This document shows, piece after piece, positions 27,332 to 37,971 of a DNA stretch of 64,000 nucleotides. Position 1 is the first letter of the stretch, and every line of letters begins with the position of its first letter. The DNA is from an uncultured Desulfospira sp. Lineage in GTDB: Bacteria; Desulfobacterota; Desulfobacteria; Desulfobacterales; Desulfobacteraceae. The notes under the pieces are model-generated. The model was not told the DNA's origin, searched no databases, and saw only the letters and a program-made list of their open reading frames with translations. Both the position numbers and the translations under genes were made by a program. Where the stretch lies: contig OY760175.1 of NCBI GenBank assembly GCA_963663165.1, positions 4,896,001 through 4,960,000 on the forward strand, given 5' to 3'.

Positions 27332-28140
27332 GATGTCCCCGGAATTCTATACCTGTTTTAGGGGGTGTTTTTTAAGTTAATTCCTTAATTGACAAGCCTC
27401 TTGCTTGGTCCAACCCCAAATCAACCAAATCACCAAATCCCTCATGTCCCTGCATTAAGTAAAGTAAGTAAAGGGGTCATAAAGGGGTCAGGCTTGACAT
27501 TTACTTCAAGGGATCTGACATGGATGGTCAGTCCCCGGTCCTCCTCTTTTAATAAAGTCAATTGAGTATTGCGTTATAATGGCCAACCGACGGGAAATAA
27601 ACGATTTCATAACCGTCCCCTGGATAATTAATGCTGGAGGAAGGTCAAGGCTTTTTTATCTTCGGAAGCATGGCTTATGAATACATCCCAATTCGATTGT
27701 TTAACATCCATCAGTAAAACCCATTAAAGTTAACGCCAACATCTGCGGCTTGTCCGTCAGCATGTTTTTGTTAGTTTTCTTCTATGAAAAAGATCTTGAC
27801 AATTTAATTTTACTCTGACCCCAATTATCTGGTTGCCCCGGATGATGCCCTGGTTCCAGATGCCGATAAAACTGCCGGCAGTCAGGCCGCAGTGGATGGC
27901 TGTGATCAACGTCAGTTATAATACCCGCCGAACGACAATTAGAATTCCCGAAATTTAACACTCATAAAAAGGGGTCAAGTATAAAAAGGGGAAAAGGGGT
28001 CAAGTCTACCTTTGACCCTTAATTGCATTCTTCCTCACATAATCACATGAACTATGGCAGAGGGTTGAACATGGTTCCCCTTTGACCCAACTTTTTAAAC
28101 TATGGGTCAAAGGTAGACTTGACCCCTTTATGACCCAAAT
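27332..28140. repeat. cluster of mixed REP-like repeats
   Basis: GTCCCCGG, GGGGTCA, GGGTCAAGTCTACCTTTGACCC (both orientations), ATTTAATTTTACTCTGACCCCAATT (27802), RAYT leader copy (27347-27418). Confidence 0.7.
27728..27776 (-). other. attC site (49 bp)
   Basis: AACTAAC-aaaaa-CATGCTGA-CGG acaag CCG-CAGATG-ttggc-GTTAACT; core identical to 61757-61805. Confidence 0.7.
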
Positions 28141-28262
28141 GAGAAGTCTTTTACCCAACGTATTACTTTTTTTTCATAAAAGTGTTACCTTTTTTCTATA
28201 GAAAAATCTACCCAAAAATAGCATAAATCAAGGTAGTTGCACCTTTTCGCCCAAGGCGATGA

Positions 28263-28278
28263 CGGCATGTTTTTTGCT
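28263..28278 (+). promoter_or_regulatory. sigma54 promoter of the PEP-CTERM gene
   Basis: CGGCATGTTTTTTGCT = GG-N10-GC, ~180 bp before the start. Confidence 0.65.
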
Positions 28279-29055
28279 TCTTTGTCTAAAGCCATATGCT
28301 AAACCGAAATTGAATATCAATAAATGTAATACAACTGAAAGGAGGAAGTTAAAGAAGATTTACCTGCAAGTGGCGCTATGGTTTTTATTCGGTATAGCAT
28401 CTACAGTAATACTTTCATAATTTGGTATTTTATAATTCAAAAAAGGAGAAATAATAGTGAAGAAGATATTTTTAGCAGGATTGGCAACAAGTTTACTAAT
28501 TCTGGGTTTGCTTGGCCTCGCAAATGCAGCATCGATTTCTAATTTTGAAGCCGTTTATGATTCTAACCTTGAACAGCTAAACCCAAAACAAGCGTGAGAT
28601 AAGTAATAAAAATGAGATAAAATCCTCGAAACGCCTATCAATAAAAGGTATAATAAGTTTACCACAACGAAATATACCAAATTGAAAGGACGTTTCGAGT
28701 GAATAAAAATATCAACAAAAATTTGGCAAAACGCAAGAAAAAAATAAGCAAAAAGCTCAACAAAAGAGATTGGGATGAACAGCCAGCCCCTATGTTTAAA
28801 GCATCCAACATTCAATACGAGATTGACGGTCGCCTCCAAGGGGTTGCTCCCGGCGGCATAGGGTTAGAGCCTGGTTGAATCTATCATGAAGCCTGGTTGA
28901 ATGCTCTGGATGCAGAAATTATCCCCGATCCCACTACAGCCGGAGACTTTTTGCGCCGGTTTTCCAAGGAAGATATCATAACTCTGCAGGACGTCAAAAA
29001 TACCATCCGGAAAAAGGTATGGGAAAAGCCTATGACCGCAAATGACGGTTGGTAT

Positions 29056-30810
29056 TTATTTTGCATCTGCTGGACAAAACAGCGTTGAGATTTTTACCGT
29101 TAATTCAGTATCCCTTATCATTTTTTTGATCCCCGGGAATATTTTGCAATTGTTTTCAGCCGCCTTGGTCAGCTCTTTTTGTACCAGATCAGCATCAATT
29201 TGTGAAAACCTTTCTGCCAGGTTGGAACATCCATTGAGAATAATCTCCATATACTTGTCGTTTTTTAAATTTTGCACCAGCGGCGTGTCGGCAAGGACCG
29301 CTTTTAGCATTTTGTTCAGCGATCCCATGCCGGTTTTTTTCCGACCTCGTCGTTTTTCATCCCGGAAAAATCTCTCCAGAAGGTTATTCGTCCTCTGTGG
29401 TTGGACCGTAAAAATTCCGTCCGATGTGACGACTGGTATCGGGTCGGCAAAGAGCTTTTCCCAGTATTTGTCAATCTGTGCCACCATGTTAGCATAGGTT
29501 TTTTGTCTGTGTTTATTCTCAAGGAGCCAGTTCCTGAATTCAGTCACTTTTTCTTCAATACTTTTCATGTTCATGGAATCGCCATTATCATTAATGCCAT
29601 TTTTGCCATCAGGAAGGGCAATTCGCATAGCACAACGCAGCTTGTCAAATACGGCTGCCTTTGATTCCATGTTTTTGGCAAGATCATTAAGACGCTTATC
29701 TTCTACGACTTTTATGACTACTTTATATAATTGGGAAAAGGCTCTGTTTAAATTTGCTGCCTCACTGAGGTTCACGGTCATGATTTGTTCCAGCAACCGG
29801 AGAACATCTTGAAGACGTCGATAAAAATCAAGGTATGGACGGTCAAAAGGGAAACCATATCCGTTGGATTGATTTGGATAGTCAAATATCCAATGGATTA
29901 AAGCATATGCCATAATCGTGGGGATATGATCGAAATCAGTTGCCTGCCAATTCCCACTTTGAAGGCTCTCAATAATTTCATCAATATCCTTGCCGACCGG
30001 ATCAATTTTTTTCTCAAGATACTTGGCCTGCCTCCTCAATGCAGGTCGAACCTTGAGTTTCTTTAACCGTTTCTGCAAAAAACTATATTCATCAGCTAGC
30101 AGGTCTTTGCCAATGTCACGCAGGAAATGAAAATGACATATAAAATCGGGTGTCCCTGGGAAAACTTCCTCCACCGCACTGACAATCCCTTTACCCATAT
30201 CGTGTACGAGTGCCCTTGGTTCACCATACTGCTCTTTGATGCTACGGAAAAATGGGATGAGCTCATCTTTTTTCTCTGAAGAAATTTTTACCGTATCAAG
30301 GACCAGTTCTGAGAGTCCGTCAAGGCCGCAAAATAGATTGGGGCTATCACCTTCACAAGTTCCATCCACATGAAGGATATATCCTCCCCTGCTTGTGAAG
30401 AACTTTCGCAGAGCCGGCCGGCTCTGTCGGTGAGCCAGGGCAAGATAAATGATAAACTTACGGCCCAGAAAGCTGATCTCCCGTTCAGAGATGAATACAT
30501 TCTTGATCGCCAATTCAGCCATGACCTCCTGATTGCTGAGACAACGGACAAAAAGTGCAAACCCCACCTCCACAATGACATCAAACCCGAAAGTGCCGCC
30601 CCTGGGTACAAGGTTTCGAAGCTGTTCGGACCTGAACGTTCCGTGACCGTGGGGGCAATACAATACCGTTTCCTTGGCAAAATAGGCACCGATGTCCATG
30701 GTGACCCTGGTCTTCGTATCGGTTTTCTGAACATGGAGTGTAGAATTACAATCAGGGCATTTTAAAATTTCCGGGTAAAAATGCAAAGTCGGCTTTGCTG
30801 AGAATAGCAC
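29056..30810 (-). CDS. DDE transposase (MULE-like) with N-terminal CxxC
   Basis: HVDGT, HDMG, CHFHFLRD, RTNNLLERFF. Confidence 0.8.
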   Translation of the reverse strand: MLFSAKPTLHFYPEILKCPDCNSTLHVQKTDTKTRVTMDIGAYFAKETVLYCPHGHGTFRSEQLRNLVPRGGTFGFDVIVEVGFALFVRCLSNQEVMAELAIKNVFISEREISFLGRKFIIYLALAHRQSRPALRKFFTSRGGYILHVDGTCEGDSPNLFCGLDGLSELVLDTVKISSEKKDELIPFFRSIKEQYGEPRALVHDMGKGIVSAVEEVFPGTPDFICHFHFLRDIGKDLLADEYSFLQKRLKKLKVRPALRRQAKYLEKKIDPVGKDIDEIIESLQSGNWQATDFDHIPTIMAYALIHWIFDYPNQSNGYGFPFDRPYLDFYRRLQDVLRLLEQIMTVNLSEAANLNRAFSQLYKVVIKVVEDKRLNDLAKNMESKAAVFDKLRCAMRIALPDGKNGINDNGDSMNMKSIEEKVTEFRNWLLENKHRQKTYANMVAQIDKYWEKLFADPIPVVTSDGIFTVQPQRTNNLLERFFRDEKRRGRKKTGMGSLNKMLKAVLADTPLVQNLKNDKYMEIILNGCSNLAERFSQIDADLVQKELTKAAENNCKIFPGIKKMIRDTELTVKISTLFCPADAK

Positions 30811-30860
30811 ACTAGTTTGGACGGACCCAGTCAGCTTGGAGATAAAGCTTTTGAGCAGTT

Positions 30861-31526
30861 TTAATGCTTGGAATCCGGAATTTTTTTTAACAACTCATGA
30901 GACTCCATAAATCCTTGGATATTAGCCGGCTTTAGTTTGCTCTTTTTGATCTCCGGCAAGCCCAAAATGTCTTCTGCGGATATGCCATGATGCCTGATAA
31001 TAGCAACCAGAATCATGACTGCTTCCTGGTCAGAAATGGAAATAGCCGCTTGACGGAGGACAAGGGAACTCCTTTGTTTTACTTGATTTTTAAATATTGA
31101 AATGTTGTCAGAGAAGTAGACATAGACACCAGCGTGCTTTTCTCGACAGATACCCGGACAACTACGGAAATGATGCACAAAGGATTGTGGTGATAACCCA
31201 AGAAGTTCACCAAGTTGTCTGCCGGTAAGCCCTTCAGATGAGGAGTTCACTAAATGGATAATGGTTTTTTTTAGATTACCATACTTAGAGAACGCGGCAT
31301 TTTTAAATTGCCATATACCATAAACGTCAAATTGAGGGATTTCAGGCAAAGTATAATACTTCCCGTTTTGATTGTAACTTGTGTAGGTCTTCCACTGTTT
31401 AAGTTTTGTTTGGGCAGTTCTGGAGGAACAATCCAGAATTGAAACAAGCTTTTTGAGGGTAAAAATTTTTTGTTTTTTAAGCGTTGATCTGGCCGATTCA
31501 ATTTTTTGAACGTCGATAATAGGCAT
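30861..31526 (-). CDS. OrfA, putative HTH DNA-binding protein of the IS
   Basis: TSYNQNGKYYTL, GNLKKTI, GLT...LGELLG; identical in copy 2. Confidence 0.7.
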   Translation of the reverse strand: MPIIDVQKIESARSTLKKQKIFTLKKLVSILDCSSRTAQTKLKQWKTYTSYNQNGKYYTLPEIPQFDVYGIWQFKNAAFSKYGNLKKTIIHLVNSSSEGLTGRQLGELLGLSPQSFVHHFRSCPGICREKHAGVYVYFSDNISIFKNQVKQRSSLVLRQAAISISDQEAVMILVAIIRHHGISAEDILGLPEIKKSKLKPANIQGFMESHELLKKIPDSKH

Positions 31527-33468
31527 GACAACCTCTCTTCGTAGTATATGATATTTGTGCCAAATAATATCATATACTACGAAGCAATAACAGGAAAAAT
31601 AATCCATTTCGCCCAGAATCTTAGAGTTTTTCGATTCAACGACTAAAACATATACTTTGCAAATTGAAACAAGTTGTATTAATTGAATTAAAAATCAGTT
31701 GGTTGAAAAAATCCAACTGTCATTTGCGGTTATAGGGAAAAGCAGCCGCAAAACTTCAAGAAAGAAGCCATCATCAATATCGACGGCACTATCAGTGAAA
31801 CAACCGGCGAGTGCAAACAGGGTATGGACATCTCTTATAATGGTAAGTGGGGATATGCCCCTCTGATAGTCTCTCTGGAAAAAACAAGGGAGCCTCTTTA
31901 TATAATCAATCGATCCGGCAATGCTCCGTCCCACCTCAACTCTGCGGGTTGGGTGGATAAGTCCCTTGATCTGCTGGAAGGCACTTTTAAAAAATTATAC
32001 GTTCGGGGTGATACTGATTTCAGCCTTACTTCCAATTTTGACAAATGGGATCAACGCTGTACCTTTGTCTTTGGCATGGATGCCAGATCAAACCTGATAA
32101 AACTGGCCGGTGGTCTTTCAGATTCCGAATGGGAGATATTTGAAAAACAGCCGCAAGCCATCAAAACAATCCCCAGAAAACGTCCCGAAAATATCAAACT
32201 TCAAGTGGTCAAAAAACGCAATTTCAAACGTCTTGAGACCGCCTGTGAACATATAGCCGAATTTGAATATAAACCTGGTAAATGTCGGCAACCCTACCGG
32301 ATGATCGTGCTGCGCAAAACAATAAATGAGTATAAAGGCGAACGTCTATTGTTTGACGATATCCGTTACTTTTTTTACATCACAAACGATTGGAAAAAAT
32401 CAGCCAGGCACCTGGTGGATTTTTACCGGAAACGGGCGGATCACGAAAATGACATTGATCAGTTGAAACATGGCGTGCATGCAATGGCTAATCCTTCTGA
32501 TTCCCTAAATGCCAACTGGGCCTATATGGTTGTTGCATCTTTGGCATGGGATCTGAAAGCCTGGTATGGAATGATGATGCCGTATCGAGCTTTAGGTCTC
32601 TCCATCGTCCGTATGGAATTCAAACGCTTTATCCAGACATTTATAAATATCCCTTGCTTGATCATACGTTCCAGCAGGGCCATTAAATATCGAATCATTG
32701 GTTATAACAACAGGCTCACAAGCGTGTTCAAGTTTTTTAACTCTTTGAAGACTGCCTGGGTTACATGATGCCTTTGCTCCGGACAGTTATTGCAAACGGG
32801 CTGCAATGGCGAGTCTAAAACCTGTAGATTTCAAAAGGGAATTTAAGCAATGAACCACAACACAATCGGCAGTATTCCAAAAAACATCAGGACTCGTGCG
32901 TCTGTTTGATGGAAATTGGAGACACAAAATAATAGCTCGGGTCGACAATTGCTTATGAGAAATTCATTTTTTATAACACGCTTGTTTTGGGGCTAAACTA
33001 TAACTTTGATGTAACTACTCACCCCGGTCAAAATCGACACCGGGGATTTCACCTGCCAAAGTGAGAATGGTCACAAAAAATCATGGAAAAATTGAAGATA
33101 ATTTGCAAGATATGTCAGGTTTGAGGCAGAAGTTCCCCTGTTTATCTCGCAAATAATCGTGAAACTCCTGCCTCCCCACCCAATAACAGGGCAGGAGATA
33201 TGCTATCAGAAGTTCTGAAAAACGAAAGTTTTTTTTGGGATCTATACAAAATAGATCTGGCAACAGCCGAACGTTATAGACTTATGTTGCGAGTGGTCAT
33301 AACTCATTGATTTTTATGATAAATTCAAACACCCGCTGTGCAAATCAATATCGACTTTTAAATTCAATGAGTTACAGTGGATTATAAAATTTTTCATAAT
33401 CACTGGCAACATAATTTTTTGTTTTACTACATACCGCTTTAAAGATAGCAAAAGGCTACCTCAATGGA

Positions 33469-34488
33469 TCATAAACTGTCAAGCCAGGCAAGGATTTCAG
33501 CATTATTTTTCCAGTCGATCAGCTCATCAATCTTCTTGTCTTGATTTATTTTCGATTGCATATATTCAATGAGCTTATCCTGGATTTCCCGTTTTTTTGA
33601 CAAGTCCAGCTGCAAATAAGCCATTGTTGATTCAACGCTTTGATGGCCCAGGCGATTTTTGATATCCGATACGGGGGCCCCTGAAGTCACCATATTAACC
33701 GCACAAGAATGTCTGAAGCAATGGGCCGGACTCAGACCTTTCAACCGTTTTTCCGGCAATGCTTTTGTCAGATATCTTCGGCAAATTTTGTTGATACCAT
33801 GCCGGGTCATTCCCCGCCTCCGCTGATTAATGAACAGCCGGTGTGCAAATAATGGGATGGGGGCTACTCTATGATTGGTGATATAGTCTGAGATCAGTGA
33901 TGCGGTTTTGGACCACAGGTTGATCAACCTGTATCGGTTCCCCTTGCCCAGGACCGCAATGGTTTCGTTTTCAGGATCAAAATAATCAAATTCCAGTGTG
34001 GCAATCTCGCTGGCTCTGGCACCGGAGTCGTAAAGCAGATGGAGAATGGTAAAATCTCTCATCCCTTCCTTCTTTTTTAAATCGACGACACTGAAAATTT
34101 TCATTATTTCTTCTGGGTGTAAAAATCCCATCACCTTCTTTTGAGCCCTTTTCTGAGGGATGGTCAAAAGAGCTTCTGCGACTCGTTTTTTGTCCGGATG
34201 CATGAATCGGATCATCTTGGCCAGCGACTTGATCACGGCCAAGCGGTTGTTCCGGGTCTGGACGGTATTTTTTCGGTCTGTTTCCAAATGATTCAGGAAG
34301 CCCAGAACAGCGTCAGGTGTTAAATGGTCAATTTTCAAGGATTTGATTTTGATCGAATGATAATCCGCCAAAAAATGCAGAAACAAAGAAAAAGCCTGCT
34401 GGTAAGTTTTAATGCTTTGTTCGCTGGTCCCTTTTATATGGGGCAGGTATTCATAAAAATACTGATGCAGGCAGGTGGATAATCTCAT
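33469..34488 (-). CDS. tyrosine recombinase, RitC-like
   Basis: TRNNRLA, GARASE, GKG, HCFRHS, LGH, Y. Confidence 0.9.
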   Translation of the reverse strand: MRLSTCLHQYFYEYLPHIKGTSEQSIKTYQQAFSLFLHFLADYHSIKIKSLKIDHLTPDAVLGFLNHLETDRKNTVQTRNNRLAVIKSLAKMIRFMHPDKKRVAEALLTIPQKRAQKKVMGFLHPEEIMKIFSVVDLKKKEGMRDFTILHLLYDSGARASEIATLEFDYFDPENETIAVLGKGNRYRLINLWSKTASLISDYITNHRVAPIPLFAHRLFINQRRRGMTRHGINKICRRYLTKALPEKRLKGLSPAHCFRHSCAVNMVTSGAPVSDIKNRLGHQSVESTMAYLQLDLSKKREIQDKLIEYMQSKINQDKKIDELIDWKNNAEILAWLDSL

Positions 34489-35459
34489 ACATCCTCACTT
34501 CTCAACATCGAAAAATCAAGCATTTGGCGGCGATGCTCTGCATCCAGAACTCTCAGATATTTGGTCGTATACTTGTATTCGCTGTGTCCCATGTAAGCGG
34601 CCAGCACCGGCAACGCATTTTGGGCAGACTTGCCCTGTTGTTTAATTCGTTTCAGTGTATTTACAGCAAAGGAATGACGAAGTGAGTGCCGTGTCGGGTT
34701 GCTGAAATTTGTAGCACCAATAATTTTTTTGTGCTGATCAAGGTTAATGGCCGAAATCGCTTTTTTAAATTTTCGATCCATGAAATGGCGGGGTAACTTT
34801 CCGCCATCTCCTTTGATCAATAATAAAGGATGCACATCGGCAATAAGTAAAAGCCGTCGCACGTTCAAAAAATTGTCGATTTCACAAGAAACGGCCTTGG
34901 GTATTGGGATCAGTCGGTCTTTTTTAAATTTTGTTTTCTCAATATAGATTGTCCTTTCTTCAGACCTGTAGTTCTTTTGCAGCAAATTGAACGTCTCCGA
35001 TATTCTCAAGCCGCACCGGGCCATCAGCAGAAAAGAGATATAACCGCTAAAATCGGTGAGGTAATATTTTTTTGTTTTTCGCATCTGTTTTATGACAGTT
35101 TTCAATAAAAGATCCGTTTCTTTCGGAGAAAAAATAAAAGGGATAATCTGATTTTCCGGCAGCTCAGCAATCTCCTGTATGGGATTTGTCAAAATCAGGT
35201 CTCTGCGGATCAGATATTTGAAAAACATTTGAAACGTTCGAAAAAATGTATTGATGGAACGGTTTTCACAATTGAGGTCTGAACGGAGTCGGATGAAAAA
35301 CAACGGATCAAATGATGTCCAGGTCACATCCCTTTGGGCAACATACCGATCCAGCAACCGAAGGCTGCACAGCAGCATTTTATCTGAATATCCCAATTGA
35401 AGACGGTATTCGATAAAATCCTCTATATATTCGCTAAGAAAGCTTTTAAAGCGTTTCAC
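34485..35459 (-). CDS. tyrosine recombinase, RitB-like
   Basis: PFIFS, GLRISE, TKFKKDR, HSLRHSFAV, LAAYMGH, T..YL. Confidence 0.9.
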   Translation of the reverse strand: MKRFKSFLSEYIEDFIEYRLQLGYSDKMLLCSLRLLDRYVAQRDVTWTSFDPLFFIRLRSDLNCENRSINTFFRTFQMFFKYLIRRDLILTNPIQEIAELPENQIIPFIFSPKETDLLLKTVIKQMRKTKKYYLTDFSGYISFLLMARCGLRISETFNLLQKNYRSEERTIYIEKTKFKKDRLIPIPKAVSCEIDNFLNVRRLLLIADVHPLLLIKGDGGKLPRHFMDRKFKKAISAINLDQHKKIIGATNFSNPTRHSLRHSFAVNTLKRIKQQGKSAQNALPVLAAYMGHSEYKYTTKYLRVLDAEHRRQMLDFSMLRSEDV

Positions 35460-36405
35460 CGAGGATAACCTCCCGCATCAGGTTGATATGGATGCTCAGA
35501 TATTTTTGCGTTGCTCCGATGCTTTTATGGCCCATCATTTCTTTTATCTCATAAATGGAAGCACCGGACTCCAGCAAATTCTGGGCGTAAGAATGCCTCA
35601 GCCAATATGTGTTTGACTCAAGATTGCTATCAGCCATAAATTCTCTTATATGACGGGGGATGTCGCTCCTGCCAACCGGTTTATAAGGCGGCACTAACTG
35701 TAAAAATAAGGTTCGAGATTGGGTTTCTGGTCTCCCGCCGATAATATAAGCGGTGATGGCCTTGATCACATTGTCCGGCACAGGAAGATGAGCAGGGCTG
35801 TAATTTTTTCTCGAACGAATAAAAATCTCTTTTTGCCTGAAAGAGATGTCATCCAGGGTAAGTGAGCTGATTTCTCCGGGCCTCAATCCCAAAAAATATG
35901 CCAGGTGCATAGCCGCATAAATACGGAGATCTTTTGCTGTTGACAAATTCATGAGCTTAAACATTTTTTGCACTTCATGGGGGCGCAAGAATTTCGGTGG
36001 TTTTGACCGAGCAAACTCAGGAGGGCTCACCACCAGCACAGAGATGTCTTTTTTGATATACCCGCCTCGGTAGAGGTGCTTGAGAAACTGCCGAAGATGT
36101 GACCGGTTAGATCTGGCTGCCCCGGCAGAATAATTGGTGTTGTAACGGGCTAAAAATTGATCAACCTGATGAATGGATATTTCATTTAAAAGAATGCCTG
36201 ACGTTTGAAGAAAAAAATGAAAACTCATCAGTATTTGCCTCATTGCGCCGATATTGTTTTCGTTACGAAGCTGGTGTTTGTAATAATTCAGATACCCATG
36301 AAAAATTTCCGGCAACGGAAGGCCGAGTGGCGGCATTATTTCTGCCGGCACTCGACATCGACGATAAGACTGTATATTGAGTTCTGTTCCCAAATCAGAC
36401 GTCAT
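35446..36405 (-). CDS. tyrosine recombinase, RitA-like
   Basis: GLRPGEI, LRHSYA, MGH, TQKY. Confidence 0.88.
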   Translation of the reverse strand: MTSDLGTELNIQSYRRCRVPAEIMPPLGLPLPEIFHGYLNYYKHQLRNENNIGAMRQILMSFHFFLQTSGILLNEISIHQVDQFLARYNTNYSAGAARSNRSHLRQFLKHLYRGGYIKKDISVLVVSPPEFARSKPPKFLRPHEVQKMFKLMNLSTAKDLRIYAAMHLAYFLGLRPGEISSLTLDDISFRQKEIFIRSRKNYSPAHLPVPDNVIKAITAYIIGGRPETQSRTLFLQLVPPYKPVGRSDIPRHIREFMADSNLESNTYWLRHSYAQNLLESGASIYEIKEMMGHKSIGATQKYLSIHINLMREVILGETL

Positions 36406-36703
36406 GATCAGGTGCTCTTGTATTCAAAATAATCTGAAGATATTTGACACTGTCAACAAAACCAATGTGCCGACAGGCCATTACCAGATCTATGGTATTA
36501 AAATTCTTTTCGCATCGAAAACACCTGCTCAGGTTCGTCTTAGGATTAACTGCAGTCTGAAATTCATTGCACAAGGGACACAGAAAACGGAAAACCCCTT
36601 CACTTATTTTGGCTGGAATACCCAGTTCCGTTTCGATCAACACATGAATGGGTATTGAATTTCGTAATCTATAAAGTTCCTTTGAAGAAAATCGTTTGCC
36701 CAT
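36395..36703 (-). CDS. stand-alone CHC2-type (primase-like) zinc finger protein
   Basis: FLCPLC...NLSRCFRC..NFNTIDLV...F..SV..L. Confidence 0.8.
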   Translation of the reverse strand: MGKRFSSKELYRLRNSIPIHVLIETELGIPAKISEGVFRFLCPLCNEFQTAVNPKTNLSRCFRCEKNFNTIDLVMACRHIGFVDSVKYLQIILNTRAPDHDV

Positions 36704-37208
36704 GCTGACACCTCTTCTTTTTGGTTAGTTCCTTCATAATATCTGGTGTCAATTTTACCGTCTCCTGGTCCGTGGCATCAATAATCTCTTGTAACGCATT
36801 TTTGTTAAGGAGGGTGTCAAACCCAATAAAGACAAGGGTCTTGGCCGATATTAAATCTTGTAACGGTATTTGAATTAAATCCATCGAAGATCCTTTACCA
36901 GCAATGGTTTTGGCAGTTTTTATCTCTTGTAACGTATTTTCAGTTAAGGATGGCTTTCCCGGAGGCTTTGTTCGCTTCCAGTAACCAGGATTGCTTTGGC
37001 GCCATTCCTGAACACGGACCACATTCTCAGGCCCTGAAAAATAATCCTGATTCTTTGGCTTATTCAGCCATTTTTGCTGGCTGTGTTTTTTACTGGCAAT
37101 TTTGCATTCGGGTTCGTTACAAAATTTTTGCCGTTTCAAATGACGGGGATCTGGCTTGAATAAATTTTGGCAGTTTTTACACCTGCGCTGTCGGATTTGT
37201 TTTTTCAT
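36669..37208 (-). CDS. Zn-ribbon hypothetical protein
   Basis: CKNC..LF.PDPR...QKFC...C, RVQEWR..NPGYW. Confidence 0.7.
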   Translation of the reverse strand: MKKQIRQRRCKNCQNLFKPDPRHLKRQKFCNEPECKIASKKHSQQKWLNKPKNQDYFSGPENVVRVQEWRQSNPGYWKRTKPPGKPSLTENTLQEIKTAKTIAGKGSSMDLIQIPLQDLISAKTLVFIGFDTLLNKNALQEIIDATDQETVKLTPDIMKELTKKKRCQHGQTIFFKGTL

Positions 37209-37971
37209 AGACCTGATACCTCCTTAGATCTATGATCGGATGGATGGTGGCGGGGTAGTATTTTTTCAAAATATGGCGGGGTATAGCGGGGTCCAGCTGG
37301 GTCGGGCGGGGTAGAACACGCAACAAAAAAAACTCGCTACATAAATAGACAGATGAAGTGCCCCCACTGCCAGGGACCGTTGTATTATGCCAATTATCCG
37401 CGCAAACCCAGGGGGGAGCCTGAAGGGTTGTCTGAAGAATGTTTTTTACAATTCAGTTTATGTTGCGGAAGGGAAGGCTGTCGACGTCGTTTGATCCCGC
37501 CAACCTGCCGTTTCCTTGGTAAAAACATTTACTGGTATGCGGCCATTCTGACGATTGTGTCCGACTGGCAGAACCAATCTGTAGGTATCACGATGTCCAG
37601 GTTTGCTGAAACAATCGGTATCTCCCGCAACACCCTTAGCCGCTGGGTCAGCTTATTCAAAGAAATATTTCCAACAAGCTCTCAATGGAAGAAAATCCGG
37701 GGCCGAGTACCTGCAAGCGTAAAAAATGATCGTCTTCCAGCAAGTTTGGTCAACTTCTATCTGCATCAACAGGCGTCCATCAAAAAAACGTTGATCTCCT
37801 GTTTGTCATTCTTGTCTCAAGGCAGTGAAATATCACAAAAAATAAGGGCCGGGTAATCTCACGCAGAAGATGGGCGTGGCCTTGGGCGCTCAACTGTTCT
37901 ATCAAAGGGGCCGGGATTTTTATCAGCATTTCGCTGAAAATTTTAACTCAAAATTGAAAGGACCCCGGCCT

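Larger units (their letters stand above)
29030..31735 (-). mobile_element. two-ORF MULE/IS256-superfamily-like IS (2706 bp), copy 1
   Basis: IRs CTATRACCGCAAATGACRGTTGG; 8-bp TSD GGAAAAGC. Confidence 0.9.
28582..32991 (+). mobile_element. IS1380 diverged isoform B, internally deleted and interrupted
   Basis: same ends, TSD GCTAAA; tnp fragments ~28699-29029 and 31744-32768, deletion after GGIGL. Confidence 0.88.
33282..37344 (-). mobile_element. RIT-like element (three tyrosine recombinases plus two Zn proteins), 4063 bp
   Basis: IRs TTATGTTGCGAGT / TTATGTAGCGAGT; 6-bp direct repeat ATAGAC. Confidence 0.85.
33200..37856 (+). pseudogene. Zn-ribbon/HTH accessory gene split by the RIT element
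   Basis: MLSEVLKN...ATAERYR | QMKCPHC...YPRKPRG...SLCC...CRRR; in frame after removing RIT and TSD. Confidence 0.85.

Noticed and set aside
33469..36405. Integron integrase for the attC array
   Set aside because: RIT-type trio inside its own IRs; no IntI-specific insertion between patch regions is evident
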